A DNA stretch of 64,000 nt from Methylophilaceae bacterium (GTDB lineage Bacteria; Pseudomonadota; Gammaproteobacteria; Burkholderiales; Methylophilaceae), in the NCBI GenBank assembly GCA_036561085.1, contig DATBPY010000023.1, positions 8,367 to 72,366 of the forward strand, in the 5' to 3' direction. Position numbers and translations under genes: made by a program. Positions 61,078 to 64,000 of this stretch are shown here, piece by piece; the first letter of the stretch is position 1, and every line of letters starts with the position of its first letter. The notes beneath the pieces were generated by a model, which searched no databases, was not told the origin of the DNA, and saw only the letters and a list, made by a program, of their open reading frames with translations.

Positions 61078-62973
61078 TTACAGGCTGAACACGTTCAGTA
61101 CACCGCCGCCAGGAGCAGCATTGTACTTCGTCAGTTCAGCATAACCACCAGCAGCACCAAGAGCGTCTGTTGGAGTGGTCAGACCCAGGTTCATCGCCAC
61201 GCCAGCCCAACCGCCGATACCGGACAGTACGCCAACGTATTGCTTACCTGCATGGCCGTAGGTGAAGGCATTGCCGATCACGCCGGAACCAACTTGGAAC
61301 TTCCACAGTTCCTTACCGGTGTTAGCGTCAAGAGCCTTGAACCAACGATCCAGGGTGCCGTAGAACACCAGATCAGAAGCGGTGGTCAGAGCACCACCCC
61401 AAGCGGAGAATTTCTCCTTGTTGTACCACTTGGCTTTGTTGGTCATAGGATCGTAAGCGCCGAAGCCGCCCATCACGCCATCAGGACCAGGGAACATGGT
61501 CAGGGTAGCGCCAACCCAAGGTTGACCTGCAACATACTTGGACTCAACTGGCTCGTAGGTCATGCAAACGTGGTTGAGTGGGGTATATACCAGGCCGGTA
61601 CGTGGGGAGTAAGCAGCTGGCTGCTGGTCCTTGGTACCCAATGCTGCTGGGCAAACACCCTTGGCATTGTAGTCTTGGTGGGTAGAAGCGGATGCCAACT
61701 TGTTAGGCACACCGGTCTTCATATCAACATCTGTTGCCCAGTTCACGAATGGGTGAACTTTTTGAGCTGCAATCAGAGTGCCGGTATGAGCATTCCAGGT
61801 GTAAGCGAAACCGTTACGGTCATGGTGCCAAGCGTAGGTCTTGCCGCCCTTGTCGAACAGGATTTCTTCGTTGATGCCATCATAATCCCACTCATCGTGT
61901 GGGGTCATTTGCATCGCCCATTTAGCCATACCGGTGTCCAGGTCGCGAGCCCAGGTGGTCATGGACCACTTGTTGTCGCCAGGACGTACGTCTGGATTCC
62001 AAACGGATGGGTTACCGGAACCGTAGTAAACCAGATTGGTACGTGGGTCATATGGCCACCAGCCCCATACGGAACCGCCACCATGTTGCCAACCGTCTTT
62101 AACTGCTTGTGGCTTGAGCCAGGTCTTTACGCCCAGGTCGGTTTCACCGATCTTCAGTTGGTCGTTAGGGATCTTCTTGAAGGAACCGCCTTGCTTGTTA
62201 CCGCCATTGACATCTTCGTATACAGACAGAGCGTTGTATTGAGGATTGTCTTTGTTGGTGTCAGCATTGATCAGCACTTCGCTGTCTGGGCCCATGCTGT
62301 ATGCGCGCCATGCCAAAGAACCGTCCTTGATGTTGTAAGCGCTGATGTGGCAACGAACACCGAATTCAGCACCGGAGCAACCGGTCAGGATCAAGTCTTT
62401 TCTGATTTGTGGAGCATTGGTGTTGGTAGCGCCAACCTTAGGATCGTTAACTTTAACGTCCCAAACTTTAGCACCGGTCTTTGCATCCAGAGCAATCAAC
62501 ACACCGTCGTTTTGTTGCAACAGTACCTTGCCGTCACCGAAGCCCAGACCACGGTTCACGTTGTCGCAGCACAGAACTGCTTGAACGGATGGATCTTGTT
62601 TAGGGAAATAAGCCCAAACGATCTTTTGATTGTCGTTCAGATCAAGTGCGTACACGTTGTTTGGGAATGCGGTATGAACATACATCATGTTACCGATAAC
62701 CAAAGGAGCACCTTCATGGCCGCGGTTTACACCGGTAGCGAAAGTCCAAGCTGCTTTAACGTTCTTGACGTTGCCTTTGTTGATTTGGGACAGTTTTGAA
62801 TAACCTTGGTTATCATATTGACCGCGTGGGTCTGCCCAGTTGTTTGCATCTTTCATTGCGGCTTCGTGGTCTGCAGCTGCAACAGCTACATTAGCAGCCG
62901 TCGCGGCCATAGGCATAGCTATGGACATACCAGCTGCCAGCCCGAGGGCCAACTTGATTTTATTAATCTCCAT
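61078..62973 (-). CDS. xoxF: PQQ-dependent methanol dehydrogenase, lanthanide-type XoxF
   Basis: Signal peptide, vicinal 'CC' disulfide pair ('AVLCCDNV') and 'WDYDG'. The extra Asp is diagnostic of Ln-dependent XoxF, where MxaF has DYAG. ATG at 62973 with GGAG upstream. Confidence 0.9.
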   Translation of the reverse strand: MEINKIKLALGLAAGMSIAMPMAATAANVAVAAADHEAAMKDANNWADPRGQYDNQGYSKLSQINKGNVKNVKAAWTFATGVNRGHEGAPLVIGNMMYVHTAFPNNVYALDLNDNQKIVWAYFPKQDPSVQAVLCCDNVNRGLGFGDGKVLLQQNDGVLIALDAKTGAKVWDVKVNDPKVGATNTNAPQIRKDLILTGCSGAEFGVRCHISAYNIKDGSLAWRAYSMGPDSEVLINADTNKDNPQYNALSVYEDVNGGNKQGGSFKKIPNDQLKIGETDLGVKTWLKPQAVKDGWQHGGGSVWGWWPYDPRTNLVYYGSGNPSVWNPDVRPGDNKWSMTTWARDLDTGMAKWAMQMTPHDEWDYDGINEEILFDKGGKTYAWHHDRNGFAYTWNAHTGTLIAAQKVHPFVNWATDVDMKTGVPNKLASASTHQDYNAKGVCPAALGTKDQQPAAYSPRTGLVYTPLNHVCMTYEPVESKYVAGQPWVGATLTMFPGPDGVMGGFGAYDPMTNKAKWYNKEKFSAWGGALTTASDLVFYGTLDRWFKALDANTGKELWKFQVGSGVIGNAFTYGHAGKQYVGVLSGIGGWAGVAMNLGLTTPTDALGAAGGYAELTKYNAAPGGGVLNVFSL

Positions 62974-63109
62974 GTTGAATCTCCGTAGTGATTTACTTAC
63001 TAAGGGTTTTAGAGAAGCCTCCCTTTTCGTCCGAGCCACTGTATAAAACATTAACTCACATCGATAGAAAAGATAGACTCCGCTGCATTTTGTATATGCA
63101 GCTAATGCG

Positions 63110-63138
63110 ATACTAGAGCAGTCATAATCGAATTGCAA
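63110..63138 (-). promoter_or_regulatory. candidate sigma70-like promoter for xoxF (TTGCAA-17 nt-TAGTAT)
   Basis: Sequence-only call. It would give a leader of about 130 nt containing a 7-bp hairpin GCTGCAT-N7-ATGCAGC (63082-63102). Confidence 0.25.
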
Positions 63139-63245
63139 TACTCATTTACAAATTTATTTACATGTTCGAACGAGTGCCCAGCGATGTTATGATGAAAGTA
63201 ATTGAAAATACTCCAAAAAACCTGTAATCGATCCATCATTTCTCT

Positions 63246-64000
63246 ATGATTTTACCTGTAAATAGCCCTCTTTTTCCTGAGCTGGAACCCTACCGCACGG
63301 GATTTTTGGCAGTCTCGGGAACGCATTCTATCTATTTCGAGGAATGTGGAAATCCTGCCGGCATGCCCGTCGTCGTATTGCACGGTGGCCCAGGGAGCGG
63401 ATGCAATCCCGGTCAGCGGCGTTATTTTGATCCTGTCTATTATCGAATCATACTTTTCGATCAACGCGGTTGCGGTCGTAGCCTGCCGCCGGGCAGTATC
63501 GAAGATAACACTACGCAACATCTAGCGGATGACATGGAGCGTTTGCGAGAGCATCTGAATATTCAACAATGGCTGATATTCGGCGGTTCATGGGGCAGCA
63601 CATTGGCGTTGTTTTACGCATCTATATATAAGGAGCGTGTCAAAGGATTGCTATTGAGAGGCATATTTTTGGCTAGCCCCGCAGAGATCAACTGGTTTTT
63701 ATACGATGTACGGCAATTTTTCCCGGACGCATGGGAAGAGTTCGTGGCACCTTTGTCGGCAGCAGAGCGCGGAATGGTTCTGGATGCCTATAGCCAACGT
63801 ATATTCGGAGTCCAACAGGCGGAAGCTATTGCTGCCGCCAAAAGATGGAACGCTTTTGAATCGGCGATCATGCGCCTTATTCCAGATCCACCTTCGTCAG
63901 CATCTAATGAGATGATAGTTGCGAGGCTAAGGGTGCATTTACATTACCTGATGAATGATTGTTTCCTGCCACAGCCATTGCTGGATCAAGTGGATAAATT
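63246..64000 (+). CDS. pip: proline iminopeptidase (alpha/beta hydrolase), 3'-truncated by the window edge
   Basis: Absent from the ORF track because no stop lies inside the window. The open frame from ATG 63246 reads 'LHGGPGSG', 'FDQRGCGRS' and nucleophile elbow 'GGSWGSTL'. Confidence 0.85.
   Translation, partial: MILPVNSPLFPELEPYRTGFLAVSGTHSIYFEECGNPAGMPVVVLHGGPGSGCNPGQRRYFDPVYYRIILFDQRGCGRSLPPGSIEDNTTQHLADDMERLREHLNIQQWLIFGGSWGSTLALFYASIYKERVKGLLLRGIFLASPAEINWFLYDVRQFFPDAWEEFVAPLSAAERGMVLDAYSQRIFGVQQAEAIAAAKRWNAFESAIMRLIPDPPSSASNEMIVARLRVHLHYLMNDCFLPQPLLDQVDK

Noticed and set aside
61240-62799. 519-aa ORF on the plus strand, antisense to xoxF
   Set aside because: It lies fully inside the well-supported xoxF gene. 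Its translation is low-complexity with no recognisable motifs. Very strong codon bias in a highly expressed gene commonly leaves the antisense frame free of stops.
63221-63262. Direct repeat ACCTGTAA twice, about 30 nt apart, near the pip start
   Set aside because: An 8-mer recurring within 40 nt is expected many times by chance in a window this size, and one copy lies inside the pip coding sequence.
63252-63521. 89-aa minus-strand ORF in the xoxF/pip divergent region
   Set aside because: It is antisense to an open plus-strand frame that reads as a textbook proline iminopeptidase (HGGPGSG, GGSWGS) and runs to the window edge.
1-64000. Search for mobile elements, CRISPR arrays, tRNA/rRNA genes and defence islands
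   Set aside because: No transposase, integrase or phage-like ORFs and no spaced direct-repeat arrays were seen. No intergenic region is long or structured enough for a tRNA or rRNA. All spacers are under about 275 nt and are explained by promoters or terminators. The PIN-PhoH (YlaK) gene is a widely conserved housekeeping-type gene next to bcp, not an obvious toxin or defence module.

Overview
This is a gene-dense chromosomal segment, about 60 protein genes with mostly short or overlapping junctions. I saw no rRNA or tRNA genes, CRISPR arrays, transposases, integrases or phage genes. Gene content and order point to a methylotrophic betaproteobacterium, probably Methylophilaceae-like. That taxonomic call is an inference from a lanthanide-type XoxF methanol dehydrogenase cluster and typical beta-proteobacterial synteny (rpe-gph-trpE, accBC-prmA, yraP-yraN-lpoA/rsmI). 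Most of the window is housekeeping: argH, hemW, rdgB, asmA, rho, trxA, rsmI, pyrC, trpE, gph, rpe, lipB, metH, mpl, lipA, cutA-dsbD, aroQ, accBC, prmA, rpmE, moaA-mobAB-moeA, flhBA, bcp, ndh. The loci most worth a second look are these. (1) A signal-peptide SoxY-SoxZ fusion protein with an internal GGCGG carrier-cysteine motif sits beside a cytochrome b561, a periplasmic metallo-beta-lactamase-fold hydrolase and a TonB, a few kb from xoxF-xoxJ and two c-type cytochromes. This looks like a quinoprotein-associated thiol-carrier module of unknown chemistry. (2) A two-gene operon with a Fur box over its promoter encodes a secreted beta-propeller and a DyP/EfeB-type peroxidase, with no EfeU or EfeO. 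(3) lipA is detached from lipB and translationally coupled to a 2Fe-2S/FAD/NAD reductase. (4) Two tandem HDOD-containing c-di-GMP proteins lie directly upstream of metH. (5) The xox string has a strong intrinsic terminator after three of its four genes. All homology calls rest on motifs I recognise by eye. No searches were run, and start codons were chosen by N-terminal plausibility and SD-like sequences.
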